The translations under genes and the position numbers were made by a program. Under the pieces are notes generated by a model that searched no databases, was not told the DNA's origin, and was given only the letters and a program-made list of their open reading frames with translations. A stretch of 64,000 nucleotides of DNA, from the NCBI GenBank assembly GCA_964106645.2, contig OZ067043.1; one strand, 5' to 3'. The stretch comes from Podarcis pityusensis. Lineage: Eukaryota. Positions within the stretch are counted from its first letter, which is position 1; the number at the start of each line of letters is the position of its first letter. Below, one piece after another: positions 1 through 12,210 of this stretch.

Positions 1-772
1 TTTCACACATGAGCCTGGAACTGATATATCCGCAGAAACTAGGCATATAAACCTCTCAGAAATAGTACTACAGTACTGTTTTGGTCTTCTATGGCAGTAG
101 TAGTCATTTTTCTTAGGGGGGGGGGAGGGCAGAAACATGACATAATAAGAAATGAAATCATTTTGACAGTATTATTAGGAATTTTCTTTTAGTTTAAATT
201 AAATTAAATTCATTTGTTTTGTGACGAATATTCTGTGCTCTGTCTGGACCATACAATTGGAAATAGCTGTCAAAGAGAGCAAAGAAGAATCTGAATGTAA
301 TTAACAGATCGATTGATTAGTTTCAATGCATAAAGCCTGCCCAGTCCAGGAAGTGCATGGATGATTGTACAGGCTTTCCAAGCAATTAAAAGGGAATTAT
401 ATTACATTGTTGTAGTAGCTTTAAAAAAACAACCCTGCATCTTTAATAGCATGCCAAGATGTAAAAATCAAGGAAATGAAGCTTCTCTGCTTATATGGAG
501 ACTGGTGGAGGGTGGGGAGCTTCCATTACCAGTTTATTGCTGAACCCATCCATTGGGGGCACTTCCAGATTGTGGCCATTTTTGGGTGAGATTCAGTCAG
601 ATACCAGCTTCAGGTTGAAGTTGATTAGGAGATCTTGCAAACAGGCCGACTTCCCCAAAACATGAGACTTTTTATTAGAAGGAAAATGTTGGGAAATATG
701 CTGAAAAGTGTGGCTAACCCTTGCTTTGATGCAACATCAACTAGCCTCCACATAAATCAGAATGGATACTCA

Positions 773-862
773 TGTAGCTGTCAACTTTTCCCTTTTCTTG
801 CGAGGAATCCTATTCGGAATAAGGGAATTTCCCTTAAAAAAAGGGAAACGTTGACAGCTATG
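773..862. mobile_element. 90-bp non-autonomous hAT-type MITE
   Basis: TIRs tagctgtcaac/gttgacagcta; 8-bp TSD GATACTCA at 765-772 and 863-870. Confidence 0.85.
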
Positions 863-1249
863 GATACTCATTAGATACCCAACACCATCTAACCCCTGAA
901 AACAAATCAGTGTGTATATATCTGTGTGTAGCTGATATCATATGAAATAGGATTACCAATTGATCAGGGGGAAATGGCTTGATCTTCTTTTGTACCTTTA
1001 ACAGAAATTAGCAGATGAAATTTACCACAGCATAGAGATGAAACTTACACAACATATTTAATATGATATAAAAAGAAACCAGCAGATCATGTTCCAAATG
1101 TTACAAGCATAAATCCAGAGTAACTCAACAAATATCAATGGGGTTACGCTAGCTTACACTGGTGTAACAAAAGGCCAAGTATGGCCCCATAGATAGATAT
1201 ATAGATTAAATTAAAAGCAAGTTTCATGCCTGCATTTCCATTAAAATAA

Positions 1250-1861
1250 ATGATCCCAAGCATGCCCAACCCCAACATGGGTACCAGTGGGATATGCTGA
1301 GTTTTATCCGGAGGGATGTCCAGTGGACTGAGGTTGTTTGGTCATTAGGGACAAAATCCAGAGTCCTCTGTTTTCAAGGGATTTGGATTAAGGCTCCACC
1401 CAAGCAGTGGTTTGGAAAGAGCAGAGATTGATTAGATAAGATGATAGATGATAGATAGAAAGAAAGAAGAGGGAAGGTTGTGTATATTGCTGATTGCAGA
1501 GCTTCATTTACATTTAGCATGGTTGACTTCATACTGGTTTGTGAAATATAACAGAAGTGATAAAGGGGCTACAGGAAAAATCACGACAGGAGATATTTCT
1601 CAATGTTCAAGTCTTTCAGTCTGAATTGTAAGAGAGGATCAGGAAGACAGTGGAAGAATCTGGAGTTGTTTGATGGTTGAAGGTGAAACCCCTTAGGGTG
1701 CAGGGCCTTCTCTAGAAGTCTCTATTTCTATTATGCTCTGCTTGCATATTTATACTTCAATTATTATAAAGACACTCTATGTCTCCAGTGCTCTCTCATC
1801 CAAAGAAAGCTAGACCCCATGTCATTGCCTTTCAGCTCAGGTAAGTGGGAAGCACATAACA
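1250..1861 (+). mobile_element. Possible degraded LTR-like element
   Basis: Ends in TAACA with a poly(A)-like ATAAA about 95 nt upstream. The 5' boundary and TSD are not resolved. Confidence 0.3.
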
Positions 1862-2519
1862 AAATCTTCAAATCCAATGTGAAAGGAGAAGAGAACATGA
1901 GAATGGCCAGTGAACTAAATCATCAGCTTTTCTGAGTCACCGGAGAGTCATTAGTGCTCTTGGAACTGAGATTGAAATATGAAAATGTACTGAAGAATCT
2001 CAACTGGAGAAGTTATGCACGGGTACAAAGCCTAATTTTCTTTCAAGAAACCCCCACTGAGTTTCATTTCACTAAGCTGTAAAAAGACTTGATTGGCTAT
2101 AAAGAAGGATTTAGAGAGCGTGCAGAGTGGAACCTGGCTCTTGGGGCAGAGCAAATCATGAGGATCAAAAGGGGCCTGAGTCATGGAAGTGAGTTGAGCA
2201 AACATAGCTCAGTCGGTGTCAAGTGATTAGGAGAAGAGAACTGCTCCATGTGTTGGAAGTGACTCACATAGGTCAGCAAAATAGGAAAGTCTTGTGCCCT
2301 GTTTATCCACTGTGGTCCCCTTCTGATGTAATGTTTATGTTCACCAATTGACATTTCAAAATTATTACGCAAGCACCTCTGCGTGGGAATGTTACCTGGG
2401 GACTGTGACATTTCTTGAATGGATCTCTGAACAGAATCCTAGGGTTTTCAAGTAAAGTTGTGTTTGTGGACACAGCTCTGGACAAAGTCACATAGATGTC
2501 TAATCCTCATGCAATGTTT

Positions 2520-3230
2520 CCAGGGGTGCTGACATTGAGGGGGCCCGGCGTCACATGATGCATCCCACCCCCACCTAGCGTGCCAGTGCTCTCCCAGCAG
2601 CAGGGGCATATGGAAAGCACAGAGGGTGATCTCCCCCCTCTGCCTGTGCTGCCCCTGCCCAGCATGCGAGCACTCTCCCATCACCAGCAAAGGATGGTGG
2701 CCCCCTCAATATTGGGGGACTTGGCCCCCTGCGCACAAATACTGAGGGGGCCAAAGCCCCTTCCACCACCTATAGTTGCTGCCCTGCCCCTGAATGTTTC
2801 CATGTGGCAGAGGTTTTCAATGTTATTGAGTCCACGGCTCCCTTGACCAAACACATTCTTTATGTGGCACCCCTATGGGGCTCAGGAGCCCAGTTATGTC
2901 ACTCCTTGCCTGCAGAGCTGGCAACCTTTCACCCTTTTTTGAACACCGTCCCTTGTTCCCTCAGCCTCCTCTCCCCTCTCCTTGGGAGTCCTCTAGGCGG
3001 CCACTGCCACCCCCGGCCGCAAAGAGAGGTGCCTCCCAGAGGCACCATTCACCTGGGGAGCTTGTAGACAGGGCTACTCCAATAAACAGCTGTGCAAGCC
3101 TTTGGTAGGCAGAGATGAGAGAGGGCATCAGAGGAGGGAGGGGAAGAAAGAGGGACAGAGGCTAGTGTTGCCCGTTGCACCCTTGACCATCATTCAAGGC
3201 ACCCCAGGGTGCACACTGGTTGAAAGCCAC
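2520..3230. mobile_element. Cluster of degraded GC-rich non-autonomous DNA-transposon (MITE-like) fragments
   Basis: Abrupt GC-rich blocks with gccccc/ggggcc motifs similar to the TSD-bounded element at 12211-12533. Boundaries are approximate. Confidence 0.45.
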
Positions 3231-4245
3231 TGTCATATGGGAAGTGCTTGCAAAATCCCATTTAAAAGCCTCTCTTTTAACTCAGGAGGCTATTAAGCCA
3301 GAAGCTGCCCTAGGCTGCAGGAGGCCGGCACCTAAATTTTCACCTTATTGGTAGGGCCTGGTGTGTGGAATATTGCATATGGGCAGCTTAAATTTAAATC
3401 CTTGTGTTGCCCATCTTTCTCAGTCTCAGTTCTTACTCCAGAAAGTAGGGTGGGTAGCAGGCTTTGGCTACAGCTTGTGGTTAGTGAGGAGAGCGCTTAG
3501 CCATGAGTCCCAGTTCAGATGACAAGCTAAGATAAAGAGACTGCAGCACAGCAGAAAAAAAAAAAGGACTGGGGAGGCCATGCTTTTTCCACAGAATTCC
3601 TCCTGAAAACAATGAGATGGTATTGTCCTGTCACTCCCGGGGGGGGGGGGGGCTTGATCTATGTGCATTCATGACACATAGTGGCAAGATGCCCAGAATG
3701 CAAGCCACTCAGGCTTTGACAGCTTGATACCCTGTTTTTAGAAGTTTTTTAAGGAGACCTGGGGAGAGTAATGGAGGCAGCACACAGCCCTCAAATCATT
3801 TCACAAGTACCGGTACTTCTCTCTTTTTAAGTGTGTGTTCTCAGGTCGATTTTTTTTCTTACAGGTTTCCAATTAAAAATCTACCCAGAAATGGAATGGG
3901 ATAGACTTTGCCCCCTCTGGAACTAGGACAGACTAGGCTTTAATGGGTCTGTCTGTCCTTACCCACAAGCAAGGCATTAGCTATTTCAGGCTAGTATGAC
4001 TGGTTAGGCCCCACTGGGCACCACACCGTAGGGGGCACCACAATAATGCTGTATGACAAAGTGCAAAAGGTGGGGGCACCAAATTTTAGCATCTCACAGG
4101 GTGCCGCTGGAATTTGAGAGCCTAAGGTTCATCACTGGTACCCTGCTGCACCCCCCCCATACACACAATGGATGGGTATCTACTCATCTATATGGGACTC
4201 TATTAATATCTGTTAGTTGTTTCTAACATAACAATATACCGTATG

Positions 4246-4251
4246 TTTATT
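4246..4251 (-). terminator. Candidate PRELP poly(A) signal AATAAA (3' UTR about 1.35 kb)
   Basis: First canonical AATAAA I can find on the minus strand after the stop codon, followed by GT/T-rich sequence (tattgttatgtt). Confidence 0.5.
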
Positions 4252-5590
4252 GTTCCTAGTCCAAGAGAATAGTCCATGCTAGCTCAGTTCCATATTCCCA
4301 CAGCTTTTCTCAACTGTATTTTGGCATGCCGTTGCTCCTCCTCTTTGAGTAATTTTACTGAAAGGAAAGCAACATTATGCTTGAGAGCTTCAAGGGGACA
4401 TTGCCTGAAGGATGGGGAGGCACAATTTCCTTTGTGACATCTGTCCTGCATAGACATTGCAAAGGGAAATTGTGTGAAAGCTAGTGAGGCAACAGAGCAT
4501 TCTGATAAGCAGCCTCTTATGCAAAAAGACTCCCACATACAAACACATACACACGACCCAGAAGATATGGCCATATCCTTCAAATCATCATGGCAATGGG
4601 ATTGTCCTTTCCAGGTACACCGTTCTATCCTTTGGAAATTTCTCTCTAGTACTGTACTTGTGTCACAGTAGCAAACTGAAGTGGAATTATACTGTGGAGA
4701 AGAGAATGAGTAATTAATCAAGCAATTATTCTCATTTTAAAATGGTGCTGTTAAAGTACCATCACCCGAATCTCGGTGATCACATTATGTTTGGCAACTC
4801 AGGTAACATACTGTCATTATGTTGCTACCATCACCCGTATCATCCCATAAGGGCATAAACGGGGGGAATATCTGTTCTTAGTCACTCTTCATTGTACCCA
4901 CAATGCACTGGCTCCACAGAATACAATCTGCTATGCACTTTTATCTATTGATTAGCACATGCCACAGTATGGTGTTCCTATTACCATGGTATTTATGAGT
5001 GCCCGTCATCTATAAATAAATTTGAATATCCCTTTCCTTTTGATCCAGCATCCTTATTAGACAAATGGCACTTTGAAATTTTACCTATTTAAATGAAATT
5101 GCTTCCTCTTCTTCTTCTTTTTGGTCTCGATAAATAATAACAAATCCAACTTCTTTTATAAGCTTCATGTTGTTGGCTAGGGGTGGGTGGGTGCAAATAA
5201 CTCTATCTGAAGTGTTAGACAGCAAGAGTACAACACAAATACTGCATCTGGGTGTGTTCTCTTCTCTAATTTTGAGACAAATTAAGGAGTTGGTATTTAA
5301 GAAGCCAGTATTACTGTGACTTCTAGCACTTCTGTGGATAATACACATATCAAAGAGGAATCTGTGGAACTCTCCTAGGAGACTCCGTAAGAGGCTGTGT
5401 AAAACAAGACCCGCAGAGTTTCCTGCAACAGAAGGAGGAGGAGGCAGCAGAATGGAGCAGTCAAGAGAAGGCACTGGGGCAGCAAGGTCAGGGTAGGGAT
5501 GATAACATATATTCCCCATGTCTAACATAGACTGAAATCAAGTCACTGTGCAAAGCCAAAGTCCCAGAGGAGTGGCGATTGCTGCGAGGC

Positions 5591-5766
5591 TTAGAACACG
5601 ACAGATTGCAAGAGTCGGAAGCACATCATCAGGTCCAAGGGGATCGGTGGCTTCAGATGGTTGCCATCCAGGCGCAGATAGCGAAGACGGGGCACGTTTT
5701 CGAAATCTGAGGACGGATCGTGGAAAGCGACCATAGAATTGGGGCAAATCTGGGTCCCGTTGATTT
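5591..5766 (-). CDS. PRELP: PRELP last coding exon (final LRR and C-terminal Cys pair)
   Basis: Acceptor ttttctctgtttAG at 5768-5767. The phase-1 join gives ...NNNSIE-K-INGTQICPNSMVAFHD...LRYLRLDGNHLKPPIPLDLMMCFRLLQSVVF*. 931+176 nt = 369 codons including TAA. Confidence 0.97.
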
Positions 5767-7690
5767 CTAAACAGAGAAAAGAAAGCACAGCAGTAAGTTA
5801 GGAGAGCCAAGATATTTGATTCTGCACTTCTCTTTTCACCCTCTGAGCTTCCACCAATCGTCAATTCAAAATCCAAGGTAATGCAGTTGTCCCTTTTGGC
5901 CTTAAGACCTATGTTTCCATTCATCATTGTGAAATATCTGGAGAAATCCTCCTTGTCTGCTTCGAACAAGGGCTTTCTCAGCTCATTTCTCAAGTCCCAT
6001 ATCACCCTCCCCCCGCTCATTTCATAGGCCTGTATAATCTAGTTTATAGATAATACAGACATCTTTCAAAAGAGGTTGGCAACAATGCTGTTGTGTGTAC
6101 CCACACCACAAAAGTGAACATAGCTTTAAATGCACATAGATATAACATGTTAGAAAGGGGTGAATGTCACATTCCAAGGCTGCTTAGAAAAGGGATTAAT
6201 GTAACACAGCTTCGTGTTTAGCATATTCAGACTAGTACACAATATTGCAATCTGTACATTCCAATCTTAAAGCAGATCCGATGTAAAGATGTAACTAAAT
6301 GCTTGGTACGGATATGTGACTTCATTCATGTATAACTATTGATTGCTAAAGTGATGGGATGCATTTACGTAAGCAATACAAGTTTTGCTCGTTGTGAACC
6401 ACACGGAGAAAACTGAGAAACTTGCACTCAGTTTCCCATATGGAAGACAAACTGGCCACTGGGTCTCTCTGCAGGTTAAGCCTTGGAATCAGTCTGCATT
6501 TGTCACTGAGCAGCTCTGATTCTGGGCAAAAAGGGGGGGGGAGGAGAGAAGGAAGAGGCTTAGGAAGACCCGGAACTCTGCTCCGAGGCCCCCACTGCCC
6601 TCCTATGCACCTCTGCCATCTGAGTCCTACCATACCAACAACACAGACATGTATTTCTACAGGGGATCTTGCATACCCTTCAAGTTACTTTTGGTAAGAG
6701 ACATTCAGTGCCACTGAGATGGTGATGATAAGCAGCAGCAGCATTATATCAACAGAACAGTGTTGTTCCACTTCTAGGTTCCAAAGACCTGCTCAAACAT
6801 AACACTAGATGGCCTCAGGCTAATGAAGACTCGCATCCGTATTATTATTGTAAAATGAAACTATTCAAATGGCTCCCTCGCTGGCGATGTTATGAAGATA
6901 AAATAAACAAGTTACTGGGCCTTTGCTGATTGTGATTTATAAATACTGGCTAACATTATTTAAAGGGGGAAAACAGTTGTTGGTTTTTTTAAAAAAACCT
7001 AACTAACAAAGTAGGCCATTATTTAAGCAGGAAAACATCCAACCTCTTCCTTTGGTCTATTCTTCAAAGAACCTTAAGTATTCTGTAATTCAGGGATCAC
7101 TAACCTATGCTCCTCCAAATGTTCCCAGACTCCATCAGCCTCAGCCAGTGTGACAATCAAGACTAATGGAAATTGTAATCTAGCAATATCTGGAGGCCCA
7201 AAGTGTTGGTCATACCTGAATCCCTAGTGCTCAGAGGGCTATACAGAAGGCTGGTTATCAAGTAGCCAACTACTACAGCCTTTCTTAAAAGGCCCAGTTT
7301 TTAGGTGTTAATTTATCTGTTGCTTAGCAGACATTTACTCTTATTTAGGTTACAATATTATTCATCCCTAGCCCTGACTGGCTCTGCCCCCACCCTCTTT
7401 ATAACACTTCCCTGAAGTCTGATCAATTATCCAAAGGCACACATCACTGGTGAAAGTACTGAGTAAGAGTAAAGTCTAATACTCTTTTGTACCATGTTTA
7501 GGCAAAGCCAACCTGGAGTACTGGTAGTGCTGGTTAGTAAAATTATGTTTACATATGCTTCTTTCCTCCTCTGTGTCAATGGCATGGGATTTAGATATCA
7601 ACAAGCCACCTTTGACTCTACTTGGGGATTTCAACAAGCCTGTTAGACAAAGGATCAGGGGGTTGTTGGCATTGCAAGTATCAGACTCAT

Positions 7691-7691
<1 letters not shown>

Positions 7692-7752
<61 letters not shown>
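7692..7752. repeat. Compound (GT)n(GA)n microsatellite in PRELP intron 2
   Basis: Directly visible. Confidence 0.95.
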
Positions 7753-7756
<4 letters not shown>

Positions 7757-10113
7757 GGGGGGTCCAATTCTCATTAGGACTATGGCAGAGACTAATGAAG
7801 CCACAGTCCCCATCCAACTCCCACCCTGAGCCAGCTTTTTTTTTTTTTAAGCTATGCAACGTGAACAATGTGGCAAACCTTGCATCAGATTTGGAACTTG
7901 TTCATAGCACAACAAAGCCTTCATTTGATCAATTGCTTTCCTGTGCTTATGCTTCTGAAAGCCAGATACCTGGGCTTTAAAAATATATAACAGAAGCAAG
8001 CTGATATATTTCCACCTTCCTAGAGAAGCCAGGGTAGGGGTGGCACCTATTATTAAGAGAGAGGGGGAAAAACCTTTTTAAGGGAACCAGCTGAGGATGT
8101 AAGGCAAAGAGGTTGGTAAAAAGCCATGCTTGGCTCCAAGGCATTGCACATTATAAGCAATGCAATTATGATTAACAGCAATCTTAATTATAAGAGTTCA
8201 TGAATCAGAATTTGCTTCCTGTTGCTAAATCATGAACCATATGTGCACTTGAATCTCAGTGCAAACAGTTTATATTTCATGCCATGGCACAAGCTAAGGA
8301 TTATATCCATGCCATTTCTTCTTTTATTGTTTCAGTTATCTTGAGAATATTAGGGGGCACGGCTAGGATGGGGTCACCAACTTGGTGCCCATGGTCACCA
8401 GTGTGCCCACCAGTACCTCCTATGGTGTCTGCAAAAGGCCTTTGTACCTAACCCATTAAAAAAACTCACAACATAAGAGAGATGTTGGCTCTTCCTAATC
8501 AGTTCCTGTCTGCACTGGCTTAGCCTCTCTTACATTGCCAATTAAACATGCCAACATTTCATTATCTGTCATGCTTGGACACCCACCTTCCTATCCAATT
8601 TGAGCAGAGGAGAGGTGCAAAGTGCTTCTCTTTTTCTGCTCTTTGAGGAGTGGCAGCCATTTCTTGTTATGCCACATCCTGACGGCAGCCATTTTGTGAC
8701 TGGCACCCATGGCCCGCCCTTAAAGTTCAAAATGTACCCACTGGGTGGTAGTCAATAACATTTTAGTCACAGTAGACCCATTTAAACTTATTTCCTGTCA
8801 TTAATTTCTGTGGTTCTACTCTGAGTAAACTTAGTTGAACACCACCTACACAGTCCCCAAAAGGTTGATTCTCCTTATATTATATTTTCCCTCATGTAGC
8901 AACCTAGGCAGAGCAAAGGGCAAGGGTGGTGATGTCTTTTGCTGGAGTGCATCTCTAACTGAAAGTAACTAATGAAGTAATTAGTACCCTCAAACTGAAG
9001 CACTAATGAGACCCCATTACCATTTAGTAAAATATCTGCACCCACAAGTATCACATCCCTGCTGTGCAAAATGCTTTTATCCTTACTGCACAGATGGAAC
9101 AACTGATGCTGTGAAACACATGCTTATCTGTTCAAAAGAAATTTTAAAACCCTTTAGGTCTTAATCCTGAGAAAACTCCCCAAGGGGTTAAGAAGTTTGG
9201 GAGTGCCTCCTGAAACGGGGCAAGTCCCATTGCATTTTCTAGGTGATATCCAAGCTAAGTGTCAACTTGAATGCTGTGGGGTTAAGAAGAAGAAGCCCCT
9301 AAATCTGAGCTCCACATTTCCCTGCTTCTAAAAGTAGGTCTCTAGCCTTTGTACTTGCTAATAAAAGATGTAAAGTGTGACCTTAGGATAACCTTAGACT
9401 AGAGACTCCAAGGCGTGTGAATCTAAGTTATGAATTTAAAACAAAAACTTGTAATTTTAACACAAGAATCATTAGTCTTAGATCCTGCCTGTGTTCTGTT
9501 GAGCACGGTAGTCATAAATGTTGCATCAATGAGCTAGCCTGGTTCAAATGAAATGTTTTTGCCTTGAGCTGCCAGATGTGAATAAAGTTACTCAGAATTT
9601 AACTACATTTTCTCTCTTTGGAGCCCATTGTATAAGTTGGCTTCATTGGCCTAACCCACTGCTCTTCCAGAGTGCCAAAAGTTTAAAGCAAAGTGAGGGG
9701 GGGTGGAAATAGCACTTGGGCCGGTTGTTTCATGGCTTATTGTTTCCTTTGCTTGCTTAGAATTTCTGGAAAGGATTCTGCATTCCTGCTCTCCTGCAGA
9801 TGTTTTCAATCAAGGCAGCAGGTGGTGGGAGCTCCAGCAGCACAAACATCTGGGGGTAGTAAGGGCTTTGTTATTCCCATGACTGTGCTTGCGCAGTCTG
9901 TGGGATGACACCTGTCCTATGAACTGACACGGGCTTTGCCCAAAAGTGTATGGCCCAAAAGCATTGGCTAGATTTTCTGCCTCAGATAAAAAGTATGGGC
10001 ACTATATATCTTGACTTGGGCACCATTTGCTGCTTCACCTCAGGAAGCAAAATGTCTTGGACTGGCCTTGATGACCATTCTTAGGTAGCTTGGTTCTGCC
10101 ACATGTTCTCCTG

Positions 10114-10547
10114 TAAGGTAAAGGTAAAGGTAAAGGTACCCCTGCCCGTACAGGCCAGTCGTGTCCGACTCTGGGGTTGCGCGCCCATCTCGCTTAAGAG
10201 GCCGGGGGCCAGCGCTGTCCGAAGACACTTCCGGGTCACGTGGCCAGCGTGACAAGCTGCATCTGGCGAGCCAGCGCAGCACACGGAAACACCATTTACC
10301 TTCCCGCTAGTAAGCGGTCCCTATTTATCTACTTGTACCCGGGGGTGCTTTCGAACTGCTAGGTTGGCAGGCGCTGGGACCGAGCAACGGGAGCGCACCC
10401 CGCCGTGGGGATTCAAACCACCGACCTGACGATCGGCAAGTCCTAGGCGCTGAGGTTTTACCCACAGCGCCACCCGCATCCCTAAGGTAAAGGTAAAGGT
10501 AAAGGTACCCCTGCCCGTACGGGCCAGTCGTGTCCGACTCTGGGGTT
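10114..10547 (-). mobile_element. Sauria SINE: full-length copy (10114-10482) plus a tandem 3'-end fragment (10483-10547) inside one TSD
   Basis: tRNA-like head GGGATGCGGGTGGCGCTGTGGGT...GGTTTGAATCC, (ACCTTT)n tails, and a 3' motif GAGTCGGACACGACT shared with the BovB copy at about 49268. 26-bp direct repeat GGTTCTGCCACATGTTCTCCTGTAAG at 10092-10117 and 10544-10569. Confidence 0.93.
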
Positions 10548-10600
10548 CTGCCACATGTTCTCCTGTAAGCCTAGCCACCTGCAGATCTCTGCTGACTCAC

Positions 10601-11531
10601 TTTCAATGGAATTGTTATTCAAGTAGAGGTGCTCCAGCTTGGAGTTGATGTAGGGGATGTTGGTGAGGTTGTTGTATGCCAAGTGCAACACCAGCAAGTT
10701 AGTGAGGTTGAAGGAATTCTTGGGCAGTCCTTTGTCGGAGAGCTTGTTGTAGTTAAGCCTAATGAACGCCAAGTTAGGGAAATCTTTGAAGTAGTTGTTG
10801 GGGATGTCTTCGATTTGATTCTCGTCTAGGAAGAGCTGGTGGATTGCATTGGGAACCGAAGGTGGCATCTTGTGTAGCCTGTTGTGAGCTAAGTTGAGCT
10901 GCATGAGGTTCTTGAGCCCCTTGAAAGTATTTTTGTTGAAGTTTCCATCATTCAGCTCATTGTGATGAAGGTCTAAGAGGATGAGGTGATTCAGCTTGTT
11001 GAATACACCAGCAGGGATCTTAGAGATCCGGTTCCTGCTCAGCCGAAGTTGTTCCAGATTGGGAGGCAAATTGTTGGGTACTTCCCTAAGATGATTCTTC
11101 TCCATGTACAGGAACATAAGGCTTTCCAAACTATCCAGCACCTTCTTGTTCACCTTTGCGATGCGGTTGTTATCCAGATTAATCCACCTCAGCTCTGTGG
11201 CATTCTTGAAGGACTCCTCAGGAAGCTCATCAATGAAGTTATTCTGCAGGTAGATATAATGGGCCCTGGGTGGGAAAATGGGCACTTTTCTCAGGTTGCG
11301 GCTATCACAGTAAATGGCTGAAGGGAAATCTGGAGGGCAGAAACATTCTCTAGGGCAGTCTGGGAAAACTGAGGGAGGTCCAGGTGGCAGAGGCGGAGGC
11401 AATTCTGTAGGTTCAACTGGTTCAGAGGGTGGAGGAGTAGCACGCTTTCTTCCAGGCTTGCGCTTCTGTCCATTCACCTCACAAATCAGCACAAGAATGA
11501 GTGGGAAAATCAGTCTGGCAAGCCCCTTCAT
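10601..11531 (-). CDS. PRELP: PRELP/prolargin, first coding exon (signal peptide, basic/Pro-rich N-terminus, N-terminal Cys cluster, LRRs)
   Basis: ORF MKGLARLIFPLILVLICEVNG-QKRKPGRKR...PPPLPPGPPSVFPDCPRECFCPPDFPSAIYCDSRNL has class II SLRP CX3CXCX9C spacing and LxxLxLxxNxI repeats, and I recognise it as prolargin. Acceptor ttcttgtcttctaacAG at 11548-11547 (exon starts 11546, 15 nt UTR). Donor A|GTGAGT at 10600, phase 1. Confidence 0.97.
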
Positions 11532-12210
11532 GGTCTAGACAGTCACCTGTTAGAAGACAAGAAGAAACCATCGAAAATAGGACCATGACACATACATATT
11601 GGACATTAACTTAGTGTTGCTATCCCTTTTCTCCAGCACTGGATTGTTACGATATAGAAGCAATGCGGCCGCGAGCTGGTAGCTTGAAAGCAAAACATAA
11701 TGGGAATGTTGGGACTGTTCCGTGGGAAACAGAGGGACAGTCAATTCACAGTGCAGAGGGCACCGGAATTAGCTCAGAGTGTAATATGAGCTGTACAGGA
11801 AGTACAGGAGGAGTTTGTCTCTCGACTGCTGAAGCTTGAAGAGAGCGGTCATGATTTTTGTAACGCTGCAAAGACAGAAATAAAGGAATGTAAATACGTT
11901 TCTGTCTATCTCTTTCCCCTGCCTGGGGGGGCAGGAAAGAGGGGTGTGTTCTTCTCACGCCGAGAAGGATCGCCTATCGCGACCTAGCCTGTATCCTGCT
12001 GGGGAATGCAGACAGGGAGGTCAACAGGAGATCAAGCCGGGTGCCTGGAGAGTGGCCAGTTTCTCCTGATAAAGGCTTGAATCCCAACATGGATTTCCCC
12101 AACCAGAGTACTTTTAGGTGCAAAAGTGAAGTGTGTGTGTGTGCTTTAATGGCCAGTAGTACATAGCTTATTTGGTGCACAACTTTTTATGGTCAGGCAG
12201 AGCAATCCTG

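Noticed and set aside
3468-3581. Signal-peptide-like short ORF MASPVLFFFLLCCSLFILAC..., considered as an OPTC start (OPTC follows PRELP in mammals)
   Set aside because: It stops after 37 codons, the hydrophobicity comes from a poly-T run, and there is no opticin similarity or LRR exon in 1-5500.
10482-10600. C-terminal 39 aa of the 349-aa ORF (SESAEICRWLG...PLPLPLP) as part of PRELP
   Set aside because: It lies past a canonical GTGAGT donor and runs into the TSD and SINE. The true C-terminus is the exon at 5766-5591.
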